A DNA stretch of 64,000 nucleotides. It comes from Eubacteriales bacterium (lineage in GTDB: Bacteria; Bacillota; Clostridia; Oscillospirales; QAKW01). Location: contig JAZPYP010000072.1 in the NCBI GenBank assembly GCA_045544255.1, positions 41,764 to 105,763 of the forward strand, read 5' to 3'. Under the pieces are notes generated by a model. It was not told where the DNA came from. It ran no database searches and saw only the letters and a program-made list of their open reading frames with translations. Positions 1 through 8,901 of the stretch are shown piece by piece. The translations under genes and the position numbers were made by a program. Every line of letters begins with the position of its first letter. Positions within the stretch are counted from its first letter, which is position 1.

Positions 1-1
1 A

Positions 2-622
2 GAGATCTACCAAGGCGAGAAGCGGCAGAATCCTTATCTTGCCTTCGCCCAATACCCCGACTATAGCGGCGCTATCGAGTTTCGCTCCCATCCGGGGGAC
101 CTTGGCCACCGAAGGATCGCCGAGCTCTTCTTTCGGCAGATCGAAGGCCCCCTTTCAGCCGGCTTTGCCAAAAGAGAAGCGCCCCTCTTGGAAGAGGAAG
201 CGGCTCTTTGGGAGAAAAGCGCTGAAAAGCAAAAAGAGAGCGGCCCCAAACGAAAATGGCAGCTTGATTCCTTTGAAAATCTCGGCGGCCTTTCTTTGGG
301 CGGCTTTAATCCCCGCATTGAAGAGGGGGCGCTGATCCTTGGGGCGGAAGTGGAAACGGGAGTGAGCATCGGCGGCGCTCCCGCAATAGGAGATTATTCG
401 GAATTTTTGGCAGAAGTGGCGGTGCTGGGTGTTAAAGAAACCTATCTCACCCTCTCTTTTGCCACCGATGAAGCAGAAGCCGAGCATCGGATTCTCATCA
501 CCGGCGGAAGCCTTCAAAAAATAAAGCTCCCCCTGCAAAAAGGAGAAAAAATTCTTCACTTTTCCATCCGCCCTGATGCGGTGGATTGCCTCTTAAAGGT
601 GAAGAGCATTGAATTTTGCTGA
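2..622 (+). CDS. hypothetical protein, C-terminal part (frame open to left window edge)
   Basis: Frame 2 has no stop from nt 2 and runs into the 188..622 track ORF. Composition is coding-like. No family recognised by eye. Confidence 0.4.
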   Translation, partial: EIYQGEKRQNPYLAFAQYPDYSGAIEFRSHPGDLGHRRIAELFFRQIEGPLSAGFAKREAPLLEEEAALWEKSAEKQKESGPKRKWQLDSFENLGGLSLGGFNPRIEEGALILGAEVETGVSIGGAPAIGDYSEFLAEVAVLGVKETYLTLSFATDEAEAEHRILITGGSLQKIKLPLQKGEKILHFSIRPDAVDCLLKVKSIEFC

Positions 623-653
623 TCAATAACTTTATATAAAGGAGACTAAAACA

Positions 654-1028
654 ATGAAACAAAGATTTTTCGTATGCGAGCATTGCGGTAATATGATCGC
701 CATGGTGAAGGATGCAGGTGTGCCCATTATGTGCTGCGGGCAGAAGATGACCGAGCTGATCCCCGGCACCACCGATGCAGCAGTGGAAAAGCACGTACCC
801 GTTTATACCGTTGAAGGCGGCAAGGTGCTGGTTACGGTTGGCGAAGTGGAGCATCCCATGGCCGAGGAGCATTATATTGAATGGATCTCTTTGCAGACCA
901 AAAGCGGCAACCAGAGAAAAACCCTGAAGCCCGGAGACGCTCCCAAGGTTTGCTTTGCTCTCTGCGAGGGCGATGAGGTGGAAGCAGTTTATGCTTATTG
1001 CAATCTTCATGGCCTTTGGAAAGCATAA
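654..1028 (+). CDS. dfx: desulfoferrodoxin (2Fe superoxide reductase)
   Basis: 124 aa. N-terminal desulforedoxin-like CEHCG...CCG motif plus a C-terminal SOR domain with His/Cys ligands (EKHVP, HPMAEEHYIEW, CNLHGLW). AGGAG Shine-Dalgarno (SD) sequence upstream. Confidence 0.9.
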   Translation: MKQRFFVCEHCGNMIAMVKDAGVPIMCCGQKMTELIPGTTDAAVEKHVPVYTVEGGKVLVTVGEVEHPMAEEHYIEWISLQTKSGNQRKTLKPGDAPKVCFALCEGDEVEAVYAYCNLHGLWKA

Positions 1029-1790
1029 ATGATTGAACTGTTGCTGACCGCTCTGGGCGTTGGCGGCGCCACTGTTATCGGCGCCGGACTTGGCTTTTTG
1101 ATCAAAAAGCCCTCCCATAAATTTAACGATTGCATTCTTTCTTTCGCCGCAGGGGTGATGCTGGCGGCGGCGGGGATCGGGCTGATTTTGCCCTCCTTGC
1201 AAGAAGGCGGCGGCCCAATCGGCCTGCTGATCACCATCGGCGGCATCTTTTGCGGCGCCCTTGCCCTTAATTTGATGGACCGCTTGGTGCCCCATCTGCA
1301 TAAGCTTTCGGGAGCGGAGGCGGAAACCCACCCCGAAAGCGCCGCGCGGCTGAATAAGATTTTGCTCTTTGTTATCGCCATCGGGATCCATAACCTGCCC
1401 GAAGGATTGGCGGCAGGGGTTGGCGCCGGAGGCGGTGATGGAGCGCAGGCCCTTGCAGTGGCAGGGGGCATTGCGCTGCAGAATATCCCCGAAGGAATGG
1501 TGATCATCGCGCCGATGCTCGCCTCCGGTATCAGCCGCGGGCGCACCTTTCTGATCGCCCTTTCCACAGGGCTCATTGAAGTAGTGGGCGCATTCCTCGG
1601 CTATTTTGCGGCAGGGCTCTCGGCGGCGGTGCTGCCCTTTGCCCTTGCTTTTGCAGGGGGAACCATGCTCTATGTGATCAGCGATGAGATGATCCCAGAA
1701 ACCCATGCCCATGGCCATGAGCGCGCGGCCACCTATTCCCTTTTGGCGGGCTTTTCTCTGATGCTTGCCTTTGATTTTTTAATTGGATAA
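1029..1790 (+). CDS. zupT: ZIP-family divalent metal transporter (ZupT-like)
   Basis: 253 aa polytopic protein with HNLPEGLA and IPEGM motifs typical of ZIP/ZupT. The start codon abuts the dfx stop. Confidence 0.8.
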   Translation: MIELLLTALGVGGATVIGAGLGFLIKKPSHKFNDCILSFAAGVMLAAAGIGLILPSLQEGGGPIGLLITIGGIFCGALALNLMDRLVPHLHKLSGAEAETHPESAARLNKILLFVIAIGIHNLPEGLAAGVGAGGGDGAQALAVAGGIALQNIPEGMVIIAPMLASGISRGRTFLIALSTGLIEVVGAFLGYFAAGLSAAVLPFALAFAGGTMLYVISDEMIPETHAHGHERAATYSLLAGFSLMLAFDFLIG

Positions 1791-1813
1791 AATAAAGAAA
1801 GGAATCTTTAAAA

Positions 1814-2323
1814 ATGGATCAAAAAGTACATGAATTATTAAACGACCAGATCAATAAGGAGCTTTATTCCGCTTATCTTTATCTGGATTTTTCCAACTAT
1901 TTTAAAGCCCAAGGATTAGATGGCTTTGCAAATTGGTATATGATCCAGGCTCAAGAGGAGCGGGATCATGCCATGCTTTTCTATACCTATCTGCAGAACG
2001 AAAATCAACCGGTGGAGCTGAAAGCCATCGCCAAGCCCGATAAGGTATTCACCTGCCATATGGATGTTCTGAAGGCAGGGCTTGAGCATGAGGAATATGT
2101 TACCTCTCTGATCAACGATATCTATGGGGCGGCCTATGATGTGCGGGATTTCCGCACCATGCAATTCCTCGATTGGTTTGTGAAGGAGCAGGGCGAAGAA
2201 GAGACCAACGCCAATGATCTTATCTCCAAGATGGAGCTTTTCGGCTCCGATCCCAAGAGCCTCTATATGCTCAATCAGGAGCTTGGCGCAAGAGTCTACA
2301 GTGCACCTTCCCTTGTTTTATAA
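1814..2323 (+). CDS. ftn: non-haem ferritin
   Basis: 169 aa with a ferritin-like diiron signature (ELYSAYLYL...EERDHA...EHEE). Confidence 0.85.
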   Translation: MDQKVHELLNDQINKELYSAYLYLDFSNYFKAQGLDGFANWYMIQAQEERDHAMLFYTYLQNENQPVELKAIAKPDKVFTCHMDVLKAGLEHEEYVTSLINDIYGAAYDVRDFRTMQFLDWFVKEQGEEETNANDLISKMELFGSDPKSLYMLNQELGARVYSAPSLVL

Positions 2324-2337
2324 TTAAAAAGCGCCAT

Positions 2338-2366
2338 AGGAGCCGCATTGCGGCTCCTGTTTTTTT
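2338..2366 (+). terminator. rho-independent terminator after ferritin gene
   Basis: GGAGCCGC-ATTG-CGGCTCC stem-loop followed by a T-run. Confidence 0.8.
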
Positions 2367-2436
2367 ATATTTTTATGTCTTTTTTATAAAAAATGTGGTA
2401 TTATAATAAACAGAACATTGAAAGGACTTTTGATCC

Positions 2437-3819
2437 ATGCGAATTTTAGAGATTTTCAGAGAGCTTGCCGCCATTCCCCATGGCTCGGGCAATACCAAAG
2501 CCATCAGCGATTATTGCGCCGCCTTTGCCCGCGCCAAAGGGTTTGAAGCAAAGCAGGACGAATGGAATAACTGCCTGATTTTTCTGCCTGCTTCCGCCGG
2601 AATGGAGGATCGGCCAACGGTAGTTTTACAAGGGCACTTGGATATGGTTTGCGAAAAGGAGCCCGAGAGCACCCATAATTTTGAGACCGACGGATTGGAT
2701 CTTCAAATCGAAGGGGATCGCCTTTTTGCCAAAGGCACCACCCTTGGGGGCGATGATGCTGTGGCGATTGCTTATGGCCTTGCCATTTTAGAGGATCCTT
2801 CCATCCCCCATCCCCCCATGGAGCTGCTTTTTACCTCCGATGAGGAAACAGGGATGGACGGCGCCATCGGCCTCGATGGAGATTGGATCCGCGGGCGCGT
2901 TCTTTTAAATCTGGATAGCGAAGAGGAAGGCGTTTTTATCACTTCCTGCGCCGGCGGCGGAGAGATCACCGCCCGCCTGCCCCTCACCCTTGAGCCTTGC
3001 ACCGCCCCCGTTTACCGCATCACCGTTGACGGCCTGCAGGGCGGCCATAGCGGCGCCGAGATCCATCGCAGGCTCGGCAATGCCAATATCATTCTTGCTA
3101 AAGTTTTGGCAGGGCTGAACTGCCGCCTCATCGAGATCGAAGGCGGCACCAAATCCAATGCCATTCCCCGCCTATCTTCTGCCCTTTGCGCCATGGAAAC
3201 GCCGGTGGATGCTTCCGCACTGACCGCGCTCCTTTTGCGGGAATATGGCGATCGGGAGCCCAATTTAAAGGTTACAGTGGAAACCGCAACCGCCGAAAAG
3301 CAATTAGATGAGCGCTGCTCCAAGGCCGCTATCGGCCTTCTTTCTGCCCTGCCCGACGGGGTTTATGAATGGAGCACCGAGATCGAGGGCTTGGTAGAAA
3401 CCTCTTCCAACTTAGGTATTTTGAAGACCGAAGAAAAAGAGCTTTCCCTTCTGATCTCCACCCGCAGCATGAAAAACAGAAAGCGCAATGCCTACCAAAA
3501 GCAGCTCCTTGCCCTTTTGGAAAAATTTGGCTTTGAAGCGGAAGAGGGCGGCAGCTATCCTGCATGGGAATATAAGAGCCAGTCGGCCCTGCGGCCCATT
3601 GTTGCCGATGTTTTCCGCGCCCAATATCAAAAGGAACCCTCCTTTATCGCCCTTCATGCAGGGCTGGAATGCGGCCTGCTTTCCGAAAAGATGCCGGGGC
3701 TGGATGCCGTTTCCTTCGGTCCGGATATCTCGGAAATTCATACTACCCGAGAATCCCTCTCCCTTTCCTCCTTTGAGCGCACCTTTGAATTCTTAAAAGC
3801 CATTCTGGCAAAGCTATAA
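2437..3819 (+). CDS. pepD: aminoacyl-histidine dipeptidase (M20 family, PepD)
   Basis: 460 aa. Motifs HLDMV, GTTLGGDD and SDEETGMDGA are typical of Xaa-His dipeptidase. Confidence 0.85.
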   Translation: MRILEIFRELAAIPHGSGNTKAISDYCAAFARAKGFEAKQDEWNNCLIFLPASAGMEDRPTVVLQGHLDMVCEKEPESTHNFETDGLDLQIEGDRLFAKGTTLGGDDAVAIAYGLAILEDPSIPHPPMELLFTSDEETGMDGAIGLDGDWIRGRVLLNLDSEEEGVFITSCAGGGEITARLPLTLEPCTAPVYRITVDGLQGGHSGAEIHRRLGNANIILAKVLAGLNCRLIEIEGGTKSNAIPRLSSALCAMETPVDASALTALLLREYGDREPNLKVTVETATAEKQLDERCSKAAIGLLSALPDGVYEWSTEIEGLVETSSNLGILKTEEKELSLLISTRSMKNRKRNAYQKQLLALLEKFGFEAEEGGSYPAWEYKSQSALRPIVADVFRAQYQKEPSFIALHAGLECGLLSEKMPGLDAVSFGPDISEIHTTRESLSLSSFERTFEFLKAILAKL

Positions 3820-3835
3820 TAGGATCAAGCGAAAA

Positions 3836-3870
3836 AAGGCACACTTCCCCCCCGGGGGGAAGTGTGCCTT
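3836..3870. terminator. bidirectional terminator (pepD / DUF4838 gene)
   Basis: Perfect long palindrome AAGGCACACTTCCCCCC/GGGGGGAAGTGTGCCTT flanked by an A-run and a T-run, between convergent genes. Confidence 0.8.
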
Positions 3871-3873
3871 ATT

Positions 3874-5655
3874 TTATTCAAAGATATACCACCGGTTCGG
3901 CGGGGCGGCATCGGTGCGGTTGGCAAGGGGGATCGCAATGCCATAACCCATATGATTGGCAAGGTAGCTATCAAAATGGGTTGCCATATAGGCAAGCTCA
4001 CCGGTCGGGTCTTCAAAGACCTTCGTCTTTATCCCTTTAAGGGAAACCGGATCGGTTACAGCAAGATGGCTATAGCGGAAGGCCATCCGCATCATCCGAA
4101 TATTATTGCGGGCGCGGGGATCCTCTGCTATCGCCAATGCTTCTTCAAAAAGGGCGTAGACCCTATCGGTATCGATCTGCTCGATCAGATATTTTCCGCC
4201 CTGATGGATAGACACCTGCCCCTCATAGGTCTGCTCATAGAGGGAAAGAAGCTCCTTTATTTTTGCGCCGCCCTTCCCGAAAAGGTGGGCAAAGCGCTCC
4301 ATCTGCTGCTCTACCGAAAGACCAATATCAAAGGCGGTGCGGGCAAAGCAATAAAAATTAAAGAGATTATTCCAATGATTAAAGCATTCGATCTGGGTGC
4401 CGCTCCCGCTCATGCCCCTCGCCTTCATGGCGGCAAAGATGCTCTGCATCTCATCGGCAGCGGGAACCACCCTTTGAGCATTTCCGTAGTTGCCCATATA
4501 GTATTCATAGGCCACCACATTTTTGGCAATCGCCCGATAGGCGAGGAGGTTTTCCTCATATTCGGTGCCGAGAAGATTTCCCCCATCCCTTTTTCCATAG
4601 GGGCGGAAGGTTTGGGTACACATGGCCATATCGATCAGCAGATGATCGGATAATCGGATCCCCTTTGGGCAATCCCAAAGATCCATATAAATCAGCGTAT
4701 CGATCCTGATATCCGGCCGCTCCTTTGCCATGCGGGCCGCAAGGGCGCTATTGAAATGAAGATAATTTTCGGTTTTGGTATAGGGAGCGCAGGCAGGGCA
4801 GCAGCAATCGTCGTCGCTCCCGTCGTTGGGCCAGAAGGCGATGGTATCCACCAAGGGGTTTTTCTCCAGCCAGCATAAGATATTGGCCGCCACCGCCTCA
4901 ACGCATTCTTCATTGCGGCTGCAAAGCAGCCATTGCCCATTATATAGCTTCTGATCGTCAGGAATGAACCGCCCGCCATCCGGCAGCATACGAAAATAGG
5001 CAGGATGGGCGGTGCGATAAGCGGTGGGGAACTGCGCACTGCCAAAGGGCGGCAAAAAGGTAAAGGTGGCCTGATGATGCCCCACGGTGAGGGAAAAGCC
5101 ACGCTTATAAAGCTCCTCCTCCAACCCCATCGCCTTCAGCTTTTCATAGCAGCTCACCCAGAGCAGAAGGCGATTATAGCGGTTTTTAGCCAGCCAATCA
5201 AAGAAGGGCAGAGTGAGCCCCCGATCGGCCTCCCCCGCCCATACATCGAATTGCACAATGGCAGTCCGATAAGGAAGATCGGCGGTATGGTCATAACCCT
5301 CCTCGGGCAGAGAAAGGGACTCGAGCTTTGGAATCATCTCCCCGATATTTTTATCGGGATGGGCCATTGCCCCAAAACAACAGCCCACATATCGCTCCAG
5401 AAATTCATAAACCCCATATAAAACGCTCCGTTCATTGCTGCCGGCAATGGTGATCCCCTTTTTAAAATCAAGGGAGATGCGCTCCCGCTCACCGAGAGAA
5501 GGATCCCACCGCAGCGCAATATCGATCCCTTTGCCCCGCTTCATCTGCAGGGCGCAATGGAGATAGCGCTCCAGCTCCTCTGCCGCAAAGGTCATCACAG
5601 GGGAGGCGGGATGGGAAAGGGAGAGGGTATAGCAATCCTTTTGAAAAATGATCAT
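3874..5655 (-). CDS. DUF4838-like putative glycoside hydrolase
   Basis: 593 aa with no signal peptide. N-terminal GH20/GH67-like region. Cys-rich DDDCCCPACAPY patch. Its ATG overlaps the nagA stop by 4 nt. Confidence 0.5.
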   Translation of the reverse strand: MIIFQKDCYTLSLSHPASPVMTFAAEELERYLHCALQMKRGKGIDIALRWDPSLGERERISLDFKKGITIAGSNERSVLYGVYEFLERYVGCCFGAMAHPDKNIGEMIPKLESLSLPEEGYDHTADLPYRTAIVQFDVWAGEADRGLTLPFFDWLAKNRYNRLLLWVSCYEKLKAMGLEEELYKRGFSLTVGHHQATFTFLPPFGSAQFPTAYRTAHPAYFRMLPDGGRFIPDDQKLYNGQWLLCSRNEECVEAVAANILCWLEKNPLVDTIAFWPNDGSDDDCCCPACAPYTKTENYLHFNSALAARMAKERPDIRIDTLIYMDLWDCPKGIRLSDHLLIDMAMCTQTFRPYGKRDGGNLLGTEYEENLLAYRAIAKNVVAYEYYMGNYGNAQRVVPAADEMQSIFAAMKARGMSGSGTQIECFNHWNNLFNFYCFARTAFDIGLSVEQQMERFAHLFGKGGAKIKELLSLYEQTYEGQVSIHQGGKYLIEQIDTDRVYALFEEALAIAEDPRARNNIRMMRMAFRYSHLAVTDPVSLKGIKTKVFEDPTGELAYMATHFDSYLANHMGYGIAIPLANRTDAAPPNRWYIFE

Positions 5656-6782
5656 ACTTTTTCTCCTTTTAAATAGATCTCTTTTATCCGGATGTCATCA
5701 TCAAACACAATCAGATCCGCATCTCTCCCTGCCTCAATGCGGCCCTTGGGAAGCCTCAAAATATCAGCAGGGGTGGCGGCGGCCATATAAACGCTGTCCA
5801 CCAAGGAAATGCCCGCCTTTATGCAGGTGCGCACCAGACGGTCGGCGGTAGCAATACTGCCGCAAAATCCGCTCCGATCCATCAGGCGGCAAACGCCGTT
5901 TTCCACAATGAAGGGCACACCATTCAGTTCTCCCCTCTCGCTTTCCTGCCCTGCGGCACTCAAAGCATCGGTTACCAGCGCCACCCGCTCTCTCCCCTTG
6001 GCTTTAACCACCAGTCGGATCAGATCATCGGGCAGATGGCAGCCATCGGCAATGATCTCGGCATAGAGATCATCGTTTAGCAGCGTTTCCTCCACCACTC
6101 CGGTGCGCCGATAGCCCTCCTCCCTCGTAATGGTAGAGGTGCAGGAATAGAGATGGGTGGTAAGCCGGCAGCCGTGAAGAGTCGCTTGGCGCAGCTGAGC
6201 CCCCGTGGCATCGGTATGCCCCGCCGAGGGGATCACCCCATATTGCACCAGAGTCTCGCAAAAGCTTCCGTCGTCCAGCTCGGGGGCATAGCTCCAGCGG
6301 CGGATATAAGGGCTGTATTTTTCCAAAAAGGGAAGATAATCCTCCCGAATGGGCGGGGTGATAAAAGCGGTGTTTTGCGCACCGCACTGCTTTTTGGAAA
6401 AGTAAGGGCCCTCCAGATGGATCCCCCCAATCGTTTTATCTTGCTTCAGCAGAGGAAGCAGGCGCTCAATGGCAGCGGCAAGCTCTTCTATGGGCGCGCT
6501 TGCCAGAGTCGGCAAAAGGGTGCCGCAGCCATGGGCGCGATGATAGGCGATGGCCTTGGCCGCCTCAGGGGCGGCGCATTGCCCGAAATCAAAGCCCATC
6601 CCTCCATGGAGATGCAGATCAATGAAGGCAGGAGAAAGATAATCATCGCCGCAATCAATCACCCTTTGGCAAGGTCGGGAATCCTCCCCCACCGCCAAAA
6701 TCTGCCCCTCTTCTACATAAACGCATCCGTTCAACAATCGGTCGGGCAGGATGATGCGCCTGCTTTTATAGCAAGTAATCAC
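5652..6782 (-). CDS. nagA: N-acetylglucosamine-6-phosphate deacetylase
   Basis: 376 aa amidohydrolase with motif FIDLHLHGG. Overlaps the nagB stop by 4 nt. Confidence 0.85.
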   Translation of the reverse strand: MITCYKSRRIILPDRLLNGCVYVEEGQILAVGEDSRPCQRVIDCGDDYLSPAFIDLHLHGGMGFDFGQCAAPEAAKAIAYHRAHGCGTLLPTLASAPIEELAAAIERLLPLLKQDKTIGGIHLEGPYFSKKQCGAQNTAFITPPIREDYLPFLEKYSPYIRRWSYAPELDDGSFCETLVQYGVIPSAGHTDATGAQLRQATLHGCRLTTHLYSCTSTITREEGYRRTGVVEETLLNDDLYAEIIADGCHLPDDLIRLVVKAKGRERVALVTDALSAAGQESERGELNGVPFIVENGVCRLMDRSGFCGSIATADRLVRTCIKAGISLVDSVYMAAATPADILRLPKGRIEAGRDADLIVFDDDIRIKEIYLKGEKV

Positions 6783-7540
6783 TTGAAATTCACCCCGCTT
6801 TCCTTATCGCAATAGAGAATGGCGCTCTCATGGAGGCGCAGAGCAGTGGCGGGGCAATGGGCATCGATCTGCTCGGTGGTGAGCAGTTCGGTGATGGCTG
6901 CCGCTTTGGTGGAATAAGGCACCACACAAAAGAGCTTTTTACCTGCCATCAAGGCAGGCACGGTCAGAGTAAGGGCATATTTCGGTACCTCTTCGATGGT
7001 TGCAAAGCATCCGTCGTGCACCTGCTGCCGCCTGCACTTCTCATCCAATTGAACCGACTTGACCAAAGCAGGGTCCTTAAAATCGGCCACCGGGGGATCA
7101 TTGAAGGCAATATGCCCGTTTTCTCCCACCCCCAATACCACAATATCTGCAGGGTTTTCTCTTAAAAGCTTGGTATAGCGGGCGCATTCCCTCTCTTTAT
7201 CCTCGGAAAAGGCATCGATATAGTAGATATTCTTAAAGGGAACTTTACTGAAGATATGCTCCTGAAGATAAAAGCGGAAGGCAGCCTTTGAGCCCTTCGA
7301 CAGCCCGATATATTCATCCATATGAAAGGCATTGATGCGCTCCCAGGGAATGGGATGGGTCAGCAGGGCAGCAAGGGTTGCATCCTGAGAAGGGGCAGCC
7401 GCAAAGATCATATTGATCTGCTCCTTCTCTTTTAAGGCCTCTGAAATGGCCGCCGCAATATCCGCAGCCGCCTTCTCCCCCAGCTCCCGATCAGTTTCGG
7501 CGATATAAACCTTTAAATTATCCTTAAAAAATACTCTCAT
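6779..7540 (-). CDS. nagB: glucosamine-6-phosphate deaminase
   Basis: NagB-like sequence begins at MRVFFKDNLKVY (ATG at 7540) with AGAGGGGAA SD. Motifs MDEY and GxGxNGHIAFN. The track ORF start at 7663 is an upstream extension. Confidence 0.85.
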   Translation of the reverse strand: MRVFFKDNLKVYIAETDRELGEKAAADIAAAISEALKEKEQINMIFAAAPSQDATLAALLTHPIPWERINAFHMDEYIGLSKGSKAAFRFYLQEHIFSKVPFKNIYYIDAFSEDKERECARYTKLLRENPADIVVLGVGENGHIAFNDPPVADFKDPALVKSVQLDEKCRRQQVHDGCFATIEEVPKYALTLTVPALMAGKKLFCVVPYSTKAAAITELLTTEQIDAHCPATALRLHESAILYCDKESGVNFK

Positions 7541-7661
7541 AAACCATTCCCCTCTCTTACGGTTTAAGCATACTGCAACTTTTTGCAAAATACAATGGGA
7601 AAAATGCTCAAAACACATTGCAATTCGTCTCATCAGAGGATATAATGGAATCGGTGATGAC

Positions 7662-8444
7662 ATGAAAGAATTTACGGTTCAATATAAATATCGGTATACT
7701 CCCGCTCCCGATTTCGGAGAAACCTCTCTCCATACCCATCGGCAATATGAAATTCTGCACCTAATCTCGGGCAATGCAGATCTTTTGCTGAGGGGTGAGA
7801 GGATCCCTCTCTTTCCTGATGCTCTTTTGCTAATCCCGAAAGGGGCAGAACATCATATACACCTTTTGGATTCTGCCCCCTTCACCCGAGCGGTGATCAA
7901 TTTCGAAAATCTTCCTTCGGAGATTGCCAACGAGCTCTTTTCCCGCCCGCGGGTTTTGCAGATCGAAGAGGATCAGCGGATCAAGCGGGTTTTGGAAACG
8001 ATGCGGGACTATAGCGAATATTTCGATCGGGAGACCCGCACGCTTTCTCTGGCATTATCCACCATGGAGCTGATGCTTTTGCTGCAAAAGGGAGCTTTAA
8101 AAGAAACCCCCGCTGCCCAATATGGTTTTTTTATGGAGCGGGCGCTGCGCCATATCGAAAAGCATCTTGCCGAGATCGAAGATATTGCCCATCTTTGCCG
8201 CGCTCTGCATATCAGCCGCGCCCAATTATATCGAGAATTTAACGGAGCGATGGGAATCAGCCCCAAGCAATATATCAACCAAAGGCGCCTGCAGGCGGCG
8301 CGGGAACTATTGCTGCTGGGAGAGGAAGCAACCCGCGTGGCGGAGCGGTGCGGATGGCGGGATTATTCCACCTTTTACCGCGCCTATCGGCAGGAATTTG
8401 CCTGCTCTCCCGCCCGAGCCAAGCAAGGAGAAAAGTCCAAATAG
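7662..8444 (+). CDS. AraC-family transcriptional regulator
   Basis: 260 aa with an N-terminal cupin and a C-terminal double HTH (ISPKQYINQRRL...). Divergent from the nagB-nagA-DUF4838 operon. Confidence 0.85.
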   Translation: MKEFTVQYKYRYTPAPDFGETSLHTHRQYEILHLISGNADLLLRGERIPLFPDALLLIPKGAEHHIHLLDSAPFTRAVINFENLPSEIANELFSRPRVLQIEEDQRIKRVLETMRDYSEYFDRETRTLSLALSTMELMLLLQKGALKETPAAQYGFFMERALRHIEKHLAEIEDIAHLCRALHISRAQLYREFNGAMGISPKQYINQRRLQAARELLLLGEEATRVAERCGWRDYSTFYRAYRQEFACSPARAKQGEKSK

Positions 8445-8464
8445 AAAAGGAGCAAACTGTTCTT

Positions 8465-8522
8465 CCCTTTCCCCTTTGAGCGCACCTTTGAATTTTTAAA
8501 GGCTATCCTGGCAAAGTTATAA
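8465..8522 (+). pseudogene. relic copy of the last ~58 nt of pepD
   Basis: Aligns to 3761..3819 with 5 mismatches and one 1-nt indel, including the stop codon. It is followed by its own terminator. Confidence 0.75.
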
Positions 8523-8530
8523 ATAAAAAA

Positions 8531-8556
8531 CTCGACCATTTTTGGTCGAGTTTTTT
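8531..8556 (+). terminator. rho-independent terminator
   Basis: CTCGACCA-TTTT-TGGTCGAG followed by TTTTTT. Confidence 0.8.
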
Positions 8557-8558
8557 CC

Positions 8559-8607
8559 TTCACTCTTCACTATTCACTATTCACTATTCACTATTCACTC
8601 TTCACTA
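8559..8607 (+). repeat. 7 tandem heptads TTCACT[A/C]
   Basis: Read directly: TTCACTC TTCACTA x4 TTCACTC TTCACTA, contiguous and all direct. Confidence 0.95.
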
Positions 8608-8790
8608 AAAAGAGATCCTTGATTTCTTTTTCTGTATTGGGTGGGCGTTATCGCATACTGCTCCTTGAAGCTTCGGTTGAAGCTTTAAAGAGATAAAGCA
8701 TTGGTGAAGATGGGGCGGGAAACTAAAATTTTGATTATGCTCAATCTTTAAATAATCGGGCGAACCAAAATGATTAAATTGATAGAACAT
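8605..8790 (-). pseudogene. truncated N-terminal remnant of an AraC/cupin regulator
   Basis: 61-aa ORF with ...NFSFPPHLHQCF..., resembling the cupin His motif of AraC regulators. It ends in the heptad array. It is divergent from the GH3 gene, the usual regulator position. Confidence 0.4.
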
Positions 8791-8901
8791 GGATTTCCTC
8801 TTAAAAGTAAAATATTGTCCTATAATTATATCAATTATTGCTAGAAAAGTTAAATATGATGCTATATAATAAATTTGAATGATAAACGGGAGGATCGACT
8901 A

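Noticed and set aside
498-1718. 406-aa ORF antisense to dfx and zupT
   Set aside because: A shadow ORF opposite two confidently identified genes, with odd Gly/Ala/His/Arg-rich composition.
7541-7663. 41-aa N-terminal extension of nagB
   Set aside because: NagB homology begins at MRVFF (7540), which has its own SD. The extension would overlap the divergent AraC start region.
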